Below are positions 49,724-62,202 of a DNA stretch of 64,000 nt, piece by piece (the first letter of the stretch is position 1; every line of letters begins with the position of its first letter). The notes below the pieces were generated by a model, which had not been told where the DNA came from, did not search any database, and saw only the letters and a program-made list of their open reading frames with translations. Where the stretch lies: the NCBI GenBank assembly GCA_010909165.1, contig MU008158.1:2753478-2817477 (forward strand), in the 5' to 3' direction. The position numbers were made by a program, and so were the translations under genes. The DNA is from Anthoceros angustus. Its lineage: Eukaryota; Plantae; Anthocerotophyta.

Positions 49724-50519
49724 TCAAGCAGCCTTCTCTTTGAGCCCGGCGGCAGGCTTGTTCAGCAAGGCGAAGAAGGAGGAGGCGAGCCACGTTGCGA
49801 GCAGTGGCGTGAGCCAGTACACGTAGTAGTGCTCCCAGTCCAAATGGCCGCTCCTCAAGAAGGCCCAGGCGAAGGCGTTGGCAGGGTTCATAGCAGGGCC
49901 GGTGTAGGCCTGCCCTAATCCCACGAGCACGATGGTGGCGACGACAATGAGGGCGGTCTTGCCGTGGTCACTCTTGGGGCCCTTGAGGACAGCGGCCAGC
50001 ACCGCCAGCGTCATGAGGAAGGTGAGCCCGGCTTCGATGGCGGCCCCGTGTGCAAGTCCACTTTCAGCTCAGGCCCCCAGGTAGTGCTGGTAGTAGTGCG
50101 GCGTGAATTCTCTTGCTGCCAAAGCCCCGCCTGCTGCTCCACAGCCTGTCAACCACAACCACATGCTCAGCCATTGGCCATGCCATAGCGTTCATGAAGT
50201 GAGAGCCAGAGCGGGTACCATGTTCTCCTACCTGAGCCGGGAACCGGACTGCGAAATCCAGTAAGGTGAGGTTGCTCAGTCCTACGGCCCAGAAGGCCAG
50301 CAGGGACGTCGGATTCCAGCTGGCCCTCCCAATTGCCGCCCCACGGCCGAGAAGATGGTGATGAGCACAAATATGATGATGGCGACGAGAAGATGGAGGA
50401 GTTAGCAGACAAGCCCAGAGGCCTGGCCAGCCAGTCCACCACGGCGCCCAGCGGGCCGTCAAGAGCACCCACAGAAACGTCAGACCGGCATCTGCCAGCG
50501 CCAGCTTTACGAGCCCCAT
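49724..50519 (-). CDS. SIP1: SIP-type aquaporin (small basic intrinsic protein), 2 exons; this copy carries small frameshifting deletions (likely consensus errors)
   Basis: Exon 1 (50519-~50232) MGLVKLALADAGLTFLWV...ASWNPT...RFPAQ, intron GTAGGA...TTGACAG, exon 2 (~50145-49724) ...GPELKVDLH...YTGPAMNPANAFAWA...WEHYYVYWLTPL. The NPT/NPA pair and basic C-terminus are typical of SIPs. Confidence 0.88.
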
Positions 50520-51063
50520 GGAGCAAGCAAGCGAGCAGTGTGCCGGCGGAGCCTGTCAACCGAGGCGAAGCGAAGTTTAATCTATATACGCTGCACACTG
50601 CATACATGGACGCACTCTCTGGCTGATCACACTTTGCATGGCTCAAAATCTCTTGGTATCAGCAAAACTCCAACTTCTAAAACGGTTCGTCTTGGAAAAG
50701 ATACTTCACTGTATATATCTCTACCCTAAGCCATGCACAGTTAGGTCCACATGACGCTGTCGGGCACATCATGGTCATGGTGTGTGCCCGCAAACTGCAA
50801 CAACACGCAATCGCCATTGCCTAACAACAATCATCGGTTTCAAGCTTGCAGAAAAAGACATGCTGGCATCACCCACAGTATAACTATTTCAACGTCTCCG
50901 CCACAGCCTGCGGCATGGATTCTGTGATACCGCCCCTGAGTCGGGAAGGGAGCCCACTGCTGCTTCCATCTGCTCCCACAGCCTGTCAACCACAACCACA
51001 TGCTCAGCCATTGGCCATAGCGTTCATGAAGTGAGAGCCAGAGCGGGTACCATGTTCTCCTAC

Positions 51064-51354
51064 CTGAGCCGGGAACCGGACTGCGAAATCCAGTAAGGTG
51101 AGGTTGCTCAGTCCTACGGCCCAGAAGGCCAGCAGGGACGTCGGATTCCAGCTGGCCCCTCCCAATTGCCGCCCCACGGCCGAGAAGATGGTGATGAGCA
51201 CAAATATGATGATGGCGACGAGAAAGATGGAGGAGTTAGCAGACAAGCCCAGAGGCCTGGCCAGCCAGTCCACCACGGCGCCCAGCGGGCCCGTCAAGAG
51301 CACCCACAGAAACGTCAGACCGGCATCTGCCAGCGCCAGCTTTACGAGCCCCAT
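51064..51354 (-). CDS. SIP1: Duplicated intact exon 1 of the SIP aquaporin
   Basis: Uninterrupted MGLVKLALADAGLTFLWVLLTGPLGAVVDW...GGASWNPTSLLAFWAVG...RFPAQ. Part of an 836 bp tandem duplication, 50134-50969 / 50970-51811. Confidence 0.8.
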
Positions 51355-51718
51355 GGAGCAAGCAAGCGAGCAGTGTGCCGGCGGAGCCTGTCAACCGAGG
51401 CGAAGCGAAGTTTAATCTATATACGCTGCACACTGCATACATGGACGCACTCTCTGGCTGATCACACTTTGCATGGCTCAAAATCTCTTGGTATCAGCAA
51501 AACTCCAACTTCTAAAACGGTTCGTCTTGGAAAAGATACTTCACTGTATATATCTCTACCCTAAGCCATGCACAGTTAGGTCCACATGACGCTGTCGGGC
51601 ACATCATGGTCATGGTGTGTGCCCGCAAACTGCAACAACACGCAATCGCCATTGCCTAACAACAATCATCGGTTTCAAGCTTGCAGAAAAAGACATGCTG
51701 GCATCACCCACAGTATAA

Positions 51719-53127
<1,409 letters not shown>

Positions 53128-54639
53128 GCTGCCCAGGCTGGATGTGTGAATTCTGCGAGCGGCCACAACTGGGCCGCGTCTAACAAAGAAGAAAACGTGC
53201 ACCGGCAATCCCAGCTTTTCAAGTCTGCATTCAATCCCGGCATGTAACCAGTCTGATTCATGGCATTCTGTTTCCGATTCTGCTTCCTCCTGCAGACGGC
53301 AGCGGTTAACACTCTGCCAGGGTTACAGAACTCCTTTGGCCCTAGGGTGTCTAGAGGCTCGTTCAAGGTCCTTCCACAGTCGACTACCTGCTCGGAGAAA
53401 GGCAAATTCCTTTTTCCACCTAAGCAGACACCCGCTCATCGTCACACTCACGCAGGACGCGGAAGGCCAGGTCATAGTTGCGACGCTCATCCAACCACCG
53501 GACTTCCATCTTCGAAGATGAAAAGCTCAGAGAACTCAGACAGCGCTGGCATGGGATGTGGCGCTCTGTCTACTCCGGGAGCTCGGTTGTGGGAGATACC
53601 GATTGGTGGAGATCCAAGGTCAGCGCTCGGGCCAAACAATGCTCGCTGTGTCACAGCAACTGAGATCGGGTCTGTGGGGCTTTGTCCACTTGGCTGCACG
53701 AACGTCTTGCTTCCAAGGGGGCACAACTGGAGTCATGGGGAACAGCTCCTGGTACGAAGAGCATGGCCAATCTTTGGGACGAGCTTGTAGCGGAGAGACC
53801 TATTTGAAGATGCCGCTCCGCCCAGGCGCACGGTACATGTTGCCAGCGTTCACATACGGAATGGAGCAGGCCAGTGCCTTGTCGAATCCGGCCAAGAGAT
53901 GGCTGATGGCCGGGTCCGTGACAGGAATAGGCCGCTCTGAGAAAATGAAACCGGGGAGACAGTCGAAAAGGCTTGCTTCCGAGGCATCTATGAGGAGCTG
54001 GGCTGTCTAATGGGCGCAGCCGACAAGGTTGTCATCAGTTGGGACACATATACGAGGCAGGAAGAGGAGGGAATCGTTGTCATACCCTGGTCTCATAACG
54101 CGATACGTTATTCATAGCGTGGTTGCCTTCGTGCATGATTTACCATCCCACGATTTCTGCACTCTGGAGGAGGAACAAAGTCCCAGCTCACCTGGTAGTG
54201 CGCAGCAAGCTGCATCTGGTGTCCGGAAACACTTCTGGAAGTGGGTTCCTGGCTATCTGTCATAGGTAGACCAGTCATGGTGGAGCCAGCACTTACGGGC
54301 GCGCTTGGTGAGAAGCGATCTAGCTATCGGTTCCTAACTATTTGTGATAAGTAGTCCTATGAACCGAGCACTTATTTGGTGGTGACGCGAGCACTTCCGG
54401 TATGTGGGTTTTTAATTTTTTGTGATAGGTCGGCCGCTGGCCGCATCTTAACCATAACTTTTTTTAATAGGTATACATGGTCAAGGGAGCTGCACCGGAT
54501 CATAGCACCCGTTGCTTAGTAGCATGAGTCACCCGTTACATTCTTATTACAAGTCAGACACTCCATGGCGGATTTGTATCTCGTACGAGGTGACCAAGTG
54601 TCAATGGTGGATGTGGTGGTCAGTGACCCTGCATGTCAC

Positions 54640-55400
54640 ATTAGCTCTGAATAGATTATCACTATTTGTCCACGTTGGACGGTAGCAATTGTAGCGGCTC
54701 TCAAGCTTAGGGAATATGATGAGGGAAATGGATACACGATATCGGAAGAATTTGTGGAATAAGAGAGGGACAGCCCTGCACATTGTTTGCAAGCATGATA
54801 AGCTTTGAAATAAGTTGCTGAATTTATCAAAGTCCTCAGGCATCGTCCCATACAATTCTCGGGCGAACAGAATGAACAGGTGGCCCGTGCAAATCAAATG
54901 TGTGCCCTCCAGGCAATTTTATGACAACCATTCACAATTGCGCCGCACGTCCGGCGCAATTGGTTCTGTTCTTCGGATGACTCGCTTCTTTTGCATTCTC
55001 GGTTGCTAAAGACGCTCTCTGGAGTTTGGCTTTCTGGGCTCCAAAGGGTTTGGCTTGCCTTGTTTCCACCCTGCTCGTAAGTACTTGACTTGCGAAATAG
55101 GTGTTTAGATGTCTTGGTACCTGTCCAAAATTCCTGAAATCCCTTCCGATTGAGGCTATGTTTATCACAATCATTCTATAATTGTTCACTACATCATGTA
55201 CGCCAAATTTGTGTATGGGTAACACGTTTGATTTGCTCTAGGTTGTTGGCAAGCAAGATCCGCTCGTGACCTTCCCTTGTTTGAGTGAGGATATCAAATA
55301 TTTGACTTCTGCGATTGTGAATTTTATATGTTGAGATGCACCTTCTAGTGTTGTTGGTTGCAAGTGTTGCTCCTCCATGCTCTCAAACAGGAGCTTCCCG
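54640..55400 (-). mobile_element. Degraded LINE reverse-transcriptase remnant
   Basis: LPIHKFG...DVVNNYRMI (cf. IxPIxKKG...NYRPI) at ~55225-55175, and VQGCP at ~54775. Confidence 0.6.
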
Positions 55401-55639
55401 TAATCGTACCATTGTTTGGCCTCCGTAATGGGACAGAACAGCGTCTCTTAGCATAGGGGTTATTCTCCACTAAAAGGGACTAGGCAAGCCAAGGCCCAAA
55501 AATAACCCCTCAAAACAGAACAAAATAGATTTCCTCTAGAAAACCAGCTGTGAAGACATGTCCAGAAAGACATTGTCCATGTACTTTTCTCTCACACTCT
55601 TTCGCAAACAGGATATAACCCAATGAAGGTTCCTCGGTC

Positions 55640-55980
55640 AAAGCGGCTTTAGAGTGAACCGAGGCTGCATGGACCAAGTACTCACCCTGGCAACTATCAT
55701 ACAACACAGGACGGCAATGAAGAGGGTTCTTCATTGCTGCTTCGTTGACTTCAAAAAGGCCTTCGACACCATCCCTAGGAACAAGCTCTGGTCAATCTTG
55801 CAAGAAGAGGGCATTCTGACAGGCATCATTAGGGTTAAGCTAATTGCATATCAATATAACAAATTGGCAATCAAAGTGGGGGACAAAAGCACTCAAGAAA
55901 TTCACAACAGAGCTGGGGTTAAGCTAGGATGCCCCTTGAGCCCTCTACTTTTCTGCTTGTACATTCAAGCACTGCAAAGA
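55640..55980 (+). mobile_element. LINE reverse-transcriptase fragment (approx. domains 2-4)
   Basis: GFRVNRGCMDQVLTL...CCFVDFKKAFDTIPRNKLW...GVKLGCPLSPLLFCLYIQAL. Confidence 0.88.
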
Positions 55981-55999
55981 AAATCCCGACTAGAAAGGG

Positions 56000-56528
56000 C
56001 AAACTATGTTACATCTATACCTTATGCAGAGGCTATCGGCTGTTTGATTTTCCTGGCCAATTGGACATGTCTAGATTTTAGCTGCAGCATTAGCATTGTG
56101 TCCTAATTCCTCAAGCAGTCACATTGGACACACATTAAGCGCATATCTTTGCTATCTTAAGAGTACCATTAGCTATGGGCTACAGTGTTTAGTAAGTGGG
56201 AGCAAGTCTTTGTTGCTTACCTCTTAGTTGATGTCGATTGGCTTCTAATGCCGACACTAGGAAGATCCTTTCAGCTTATTATTTCATTCTGGCCTCTAGG
56301 TCTGTTTGTTGGAGCTGCAAAAACTAAGCTTCTCTTGCCTTGTCTTCTACAGAAGCTGAGTACAAAGCACTGATAGATGCATGTAAGGAGGCACAGTGGG
56401 AGCGTTCATTCTTAGACTCTGTGAATCAGTCACAACCAGATCCCACTAATTCATTTTGTGACAATATGGGTGCTATAGCTGTAGATGCCAACCCTCGGTT
56501 CCATGCTAGGACCACTTTCCCACTATGA
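56000..56528 (+). mobile_element. Ty1/Copia RT C-terminus and RNase H fragment
   Basis: IPYAEAIGCLIFLA, HWTHIKRI, DVDW, LALSSTEAEYKALIDACKEAQW and FCDNMGAIAVDANPRFHART. Confidence 0.88.
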
Positions 56529-56826
56529 AGGTCTTGAATGTCCTGCTCTAAGCCGGCAATCTGTCTTCTTATCACACCGTGGATCTCCTCTCTATCCTCC
56601 TCAAAGTGTTTTTGTCCATACCACACATCTGGATTATGTTTAAGGTCATAATGCCTTACGAAGTGTTTCCATCGACCAATTATCAGGTGGCGATCTAGGA
56701 GGATAAATTGGGATGGGAGGCAACATACTCATAGTTGGCACTGGCCGAGCAGCAAAGGCTGAAGGAGCTTGTGTTTCGCCCTCCTTTGAATTACTTCCTC
56801 AGTTACAATATTTCCACATGTTATGC

Positions 56827-57228
56827 CAATGTCGCAATTCAACCCTTCAGCCATTCAATATAAAGGAAAACAACTACACGGCTTAAAGATCGACCATACG
56901 GAACTACGCAAAATGCCGGTATGAGTGTATTTCAACTTCTCGGTGCGTGTTCAGAGCCTCAAGTTCATCTTGTTTGGCGAGATACGATAGTCGAGATTGG
57001 CCCCAATGTCCTTTTACTAGCAATGTCGCAATTCAACCCTTCAGCCATTCAATATAAAGGAAAACAACTACACGGCTTAAAGATCGACCATACGGAACTC
57101 CGCAAAATGCCGGTATGAGTGTATTTCAACTTCTCAGGCGCGTGTTCAACAGAGCCTCAAGTTCATCTTGTTTGGCGAGATACGATAGTGCGAGATTGGC
57201 CCCAATGTCAGCTTTTACTAGCAATGTC
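56827..57228 (+). repeat. ~195-200 bp tandem duplication
   Basis: CAATGTCGCAATTCAACCCTTCAGCC... starts at 56827 and 57021. CAATGTC recurs at 57222 as junction microhomology. Confidence 0.9.
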
Positions 57229-58045
57229 AGCATACCAGCATCTTTGTCTGTGGTGCCCTCCTTGGGGCCCTCTTGGGTATGCTGCAGGGGATTGTTGATG
57301 GATGCGGCAGGCTGAAGATTGGGAATTTTGTAAATGCCGTTCTGTGAAGAATTTGCATTGCTGGGAGGTCCTAGCCCCCCGTGGATGCTCTCCCCCGAAT
57401 CTAGGTTGATCACATGTTCAGCTAGGGCGCCTCGGGGTGAGCGCCCGCCAGCGCTAATGCGCGTCGTTCTCGCTCTCCTCCTCCCGTCCATCGTCAAGCT
57501 CTTCCTCCCGCACGCCGCAGCTAGTTTCAGCTGTTGGCGCTCGTGATGCATTATCGTTTTCTGTTCGCGCTTTCGTTATTTTTAAGAGAGGCACGGGGTT
57601 ATGTGTAATGGCCATCAAGCCCTTCAAACACACATGGGCATGCCATTTCGTATGCCCATGGGTACATAATCGCTTTTTCTACCCACCTACCGCTCATCGG
57701 TATCTATTTCGAGTAATTTTGGTAAAGTATAATAACCTGCCTAGGTTGAGTGGTAGTGTTAGAGTTATGGGGTTAGTTTAACCTATCAGTTATTATTTAC
57801 TTAATAATTAGGTTAGTTAGTGAATACACACCACAACCCCCCACATACATATTTAAGATAATTTATAACTTTTTTTTAATAAATTACTTTTTGGCTTGCT
57901 GCAATCTACTTTTGCTTCCGCTTATAAAGGTGTTACGTTCATCGTCACCACGGCCATTGATCTTGATGCTTACAGACACCAATTATCCCCTGCGTGGCAG
58001 ATTCACACACCACATTGCTCAAGCAATATCGAGGTACCCAATTAC

Positions 58046-58362
58046 CTCCCTCCTCCTCCCTTCTCCACTGCCCTCCTCCTCCCTCCTCCCTTCCTCCCTC
58101 CTCCCTTCCTCCTTCCTCCTTCCTCCCCTCCCTTCCTCCTCCTCCTCCTCCTCCCTTCCTCCCTCCTCCTTCCTCCCTCCTCCCTTCCTCCCTCCTCCCT
58201 TCCTCCCTCCTCCCTTCCTCCCTCCTCCTTCCTCCCTCCTCCCTTCCTCCCTCCTCCCTTCCTCCTCCTCCCTTCCTCCTCCTCCCTTCCTCCCTCCTCC
58301 CTTCCTCCCTCCTCCCTTCCTCCCTCCTCCCTCCTCCCTCCTCCCTCCTCCCTCCTCCCTCC
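58046..58362 (+). repeat. Polypyrimidine/polypurine minisatellite (CCCTTCCTCCCTCCT)n
   Basis: About 317 bp composed almost solely of C and T, with a ~15 bp period. Confidence 0.95.
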
Positions 58363-58648
58363 CACCTTGCCCCCGCCGCACCTCGTGGATGCAAAATTGA
58401 GGTTGAATCTCTCCTTGCACATAGACATCGCCAAATCCAGCTTCAATGTTTAATTAGTTATGTGGAAAGGGTACCCGCACTTTTCGGATGCGACATGAGA
58501 GCTTACCCATCACCTCTCAATCTACCCCAACATCCTTTGCTCTTATTTGCGGGCTCATTCGAACTTTGGGACAAAGTTCTTCCTCCGAGGATAGTTGATG
58601 CAATGGAAATTAGGAATATGAAAATTGATAAATAATTTAATAGGGATA

Positions 58649-58706
<58 letters not shown>
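58649..58706 (+). repeat. (AAT)n microsatellite, ~19 units
   Basis: Uninterrupted AAT run. Confidence 0.95.
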
Positions 58707-58709
<3 letters not shown>

Positions 58710-59415
58710 TAGATTAATTAAAATTTCACTCAATTTTCCAAATAATAATATGATTAATTATCATTTTGAGATAATCACCACTTAGGATAATCAACGTGAC
58801 CTAGCACCAGTGCGCGGGTCTAATCCCATCCCCATCACAATGTGCACTTAGTGACGAGAGCATGACCTAACATGTAGATGAGCTTAGGGAATAACAAACC
58901 GTTATAATAACTCAACTTAACTCCAGTTGCCATAGGTATTAAAAGATCCCGGCCTAATGGAGCTGCAGGCTTACTTTTATTAAGTAAATCTCTTGCTTGT
59001 TTCAGCCACCCTAGAATTACGGAATATTTAAGTTAAGCATGCAAAGGTATTTTATTGATGATGTAGCTTAGTTGGTAGGTAGTTCTAACGGCGCAGGTTC
59101 CATCCTGTCATGTATTTAGTGTTGTGATTTATAATCAATTTATTTTATATTTTTTTAATACTAGAAATAAAGTTACGATAGCCTGGACTTGGGTTGGCTC
59201 GTGAACTCAACTTATGTAAATGTGGAAAGATAACTTACGTGGAAAGATATCTTTCCAAGTTGAGTTTTGAAGTTATATGAGCTTGGATGATATTTAAGTT
59301 GATCTATATAATGGTTTGTAATTTGTAAGCAGTTGTGATTTTGATGCATAGCTGATTAGTTTTAAATTTGCTCTACATCCTTTTGTGAACAAACCCGGCA
59401 GACATTGGTTGTAAT

Positions 59416-60807
59416 ATGGACCCCCTGATCCTTCTTGCCAGCATCTATATCATGATTTTTTTCTTGATAGGCATCATGAACACATGCTATAGGAACGATA
59501 GGAGACGCGCTCTTGAAAGACAGTACCATGCCATGCAAGATAGAGTGAATCCAGCGGCGATGCTGGTTGAAGAGGAGGAGTGGCATGAAGAGGAGGAGCA
59601 TGTTGAAGAGGAGGAGCGGGTTGAAGAGGAGGAGCGGGTTGAAGAGGAGGAGCGGGTTGAAGAGGAGGAGCGGGTTGAAGAGGAGGAGCGGGTTGAAGAG
59701 GAGGCGGGTTGAAGAGGAGGAGCGGGTTGAGGAGGCGGAGTTGAAGAGGAGGCGGGTTGAAGAGGAGGCGGGTTGAAGAGGAGGCGGGTTGAAGAGGAGG
59801 AGCGGGTTGAAGAGGAGGAGTGGAGTGAAGAGGAGGAGCGGGTTGAACATGAGGAGTGGCTTGAAGAGGAGGAGCGGGTTGAAGAGGAGGAGCGGGTTGA
59901 ACATGAGGAGCGGCTTGAAGAGGAGGAACGGGTCGAAGAAGAGGAGTGGGTTGAAGAGGAGGGGCCATTTCAAGAGGAGCAGCAGCTTGAAAAGGAGGAG
60001 CGGCTTTAAGAAAAGGAGCAACCCGTAGTCATTCCAATCATAGAAACTTCCGCAGCTGAGCAATCTGAAGAGGAAGAGCAGCTTGAAAAGGAGGAGCGGC
60101 ATGTGGTCATTCCAGTCCAAGAGAGCTCCTCAGCTGAGCAATCTGAAGAGGAGGAGTGGCATGTGGCCATTCAAGTCCAAGAGAGCTACTCGGCTGAGCA
60201 ATCTGAAGAGGAGGAGTGGCATGTAGTCATTCCAGTCCAAGAGGGCTCCTCGGCTGAGCAATCTAAAGAGGAGGAGTGGCATGTAGTCATTCCAGTCTAA
60301 GAGAGCTCCTCAGCAGAGCAATCTGAAGAGGAGGAGCGGCATGTGGTCATTCCAGTCCAAGAGAGCTCTTCGGCTGAGCAATCTAAAGAGGAGAAGCAGC
60401 ATGTGGTCATTCCAATCCAAGAGAGCTCCTCTGCTAGGCAATCTAAAGAGGAGGAGCGGCATGTGGTCATTCCAGTCCAAGAGAGCTCCTCGGCTAAGCA
60501 ATCTAAAGAGGAGGAGCAACTTGAAGAGGAGGAGCAACTTGAAGAGGAGGAGCGGCTTGTAGTCATTCTAGTCCGAGACAGATCCTTGGCTAAGCAATCT
60601 GAAGAGGAGAAGCAGTCGGGGGTCATTCCAGTTCGAGATAGTTCCTCGGCTAAGCAATCTGAAGAGGAGAAGCGGTCGAGGGTCATTCCAAGACGGAGAA
60701 AATCCAATTGCGGAGGAGTCTACCAAGGGAGAGCAGCCTATGATCATGCAAGGCGGAGAGGATACGGTTGCGGAGGAGCTAGTGAGGGGGACTGGTCGAA
60801 TGAGTGA
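59416..60807 (+). pseudogene. Orphan single-pass membrane-anchored Glu-rich repeat protein gene (interrupted frame; gene or young pseudogene)
   Basis: TATA-like CTATATAA at ~59304 and ATG at 59416. Hydrophobic LILLASIYIMIFFLIGIM then basic RNDRRR, an 18 bp (VEEEER)n array and a 60 bp (EEEEWHVVIPVQESSSAEQS)n array. The four listed ORFs at 59416, 59773, 60103 and 60343 share one frame. Confidence 0.55.
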
Positions 60808-60821
60808 ACACAAATTGTTCA

Positions 60822-61570
60822 ACGATGAGTGAATAACTTAGCCTCGGATGAATGGGTCATAGTATTCGAAAGATGGATGCAAGATAGATGTTGAAATGTG
60901 AGTTGGCATCATCGGAATTTGAAAACCTATGTGCCAAATCTTATGTGAAGGTGTTCTTTACAAGATGGGCTCACCCCATCTCTTCACTAAAATTTAATCC
61001 AATGTCAAGATATTTTTTAGTAGCTATTAGTTTTTTGTGCTACTTTGAAGTGAAGCAAGACCCCAGCCTCTTTCCTTTCCTAGAACTCATACTAGATTAT
61101 AGGATCCGCTACTTCATTTCTTTCTTGGTTACAAAAGACGCTTACTTAAACCTCTTGAAAATCTGACAGCGGAGCAGTTTGCCAAGAAAGAGAGGCCAAT
61201 GATCACACTAGACAAAAAGGATTTGGCTTCGTGGGAAGAGCATAGCAAAAGGAAGTGGTTTGATAAGTGAACTCAAGTTGCTCACGGATGAGTAAACAAC
61301 TTAGCATCAAATGAATGAGTAACGGTATCAAAGAGATGGATGTTGAAAAGGGAGCTACCAATACCGAAATCTAAAATCTTATGTGCCATATCCGATGTGA
61401 AGATATCCTTTACTAGATGGGCTCACCCATTTCTTCTTTGAAAACTTTAATTCGAGGTGAACATAATTTTGTGTAGGTATTAGTTTTTTGCACTACTTTG
61501 AAGTGGAGCAAAAATATGTAGGTATTAGTTTTTTGTACTACTTTGAAGTGAAGCAAGACCCTAACCTCTT
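60822..61570 (+). repeat. Diverged ~240-280 bp direct duplication
   Basis: GATGAGT..AACTTAGC...GATGGGCTCACCC...TATTAGTTTTTTG..CTACTTTGAAGTGAAGCAAGACCC occurs at ~60823-61064 and ~61287-61562. Confidence 0.75.
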
Positions 61571-62202
61571 TATTGAAGGGAAAAAATGATGGGTACAGAG
61601 CTGAGGGACGGGGCCAGAGGACGTAATTTTAGCAAATTTTTCGGCATGAATCTCCCACCAACATAATGAGAATTACTTAGTATGGATAGGTACTTTCCTC
61701 ACCTAGACACTCTTCTCTCCTAAAGGCTTATAAAGAATAACTAATATATTTCTATAATTTCAAAAACATATTATATTATAGTTAATTTAATTATACACGA
61801 ATTATTCGGAGACCTAAGTGGCCTCAGCGAAAAAATTGGTTGTGGAGAAGTTGAGGTATGCTAAGCCATAGCTATCGGTCTGTTGGGCGATATTAGGCTA
61901 CTACCTGCAATTCAACATCACCGCGAACTAATCTCCATCGTCACCATTGATGTTTTGCAAGATTTCTAAAGCGGATTCGAAGAGAGATTCACTCAAATGT
62001 TTTCAAGAGAATTACTGTGGATTAAGACTTTGAATCAATCACTTATTTTCATTTCAAATATTTTATTATATATAGAGTTGAGCGTTTATCACATCTAGTC
62101 TTCTAACGTCGCTCCACTCCGCTTCCGCTCTACGTCGTACTTATCACGACTTGACGACGATGGCCGCTGTCGCTTGTGCGATACCTGTGGACTTCAGGTC
62201 TC

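Noticed and set aside
56560-57551. Possible DNA-transposon (hAT-like) N-terminal fragment on the minus strand
   Set aside because: The frames are protein-like but have no diagnostic motif I can identify, so I left them unannotated.
57891-58635. Six overlapping Pro/Ser/Leu- or Gly/Arg/Glu-rich ORFs
   Set aside because: They are by-products of the stop-free CT minisatellite, open in all frames.
58503-58733. Poly-Tyr ORF
   Set aside because: It is simply the translation of the (AAT)n microsatellite.
60040-60690. Regularly spaced 60 bp repeats as a CRISPR-like array
   Set aside because: Whole units are homologous with no unique spacers, the period is a codon multiple, there are no cas genes and the context is eukaryotic.
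59362-60707. Minus-strand ORFs with (PLLLFN)n and (PAPPLQ)n repeats
   Set aside because: These are antisense shadows of the Glu-rich repeats. The plus strand has the TATA, ATG, TM anchor and a consistent frame, although strand is not proven without RNA data.
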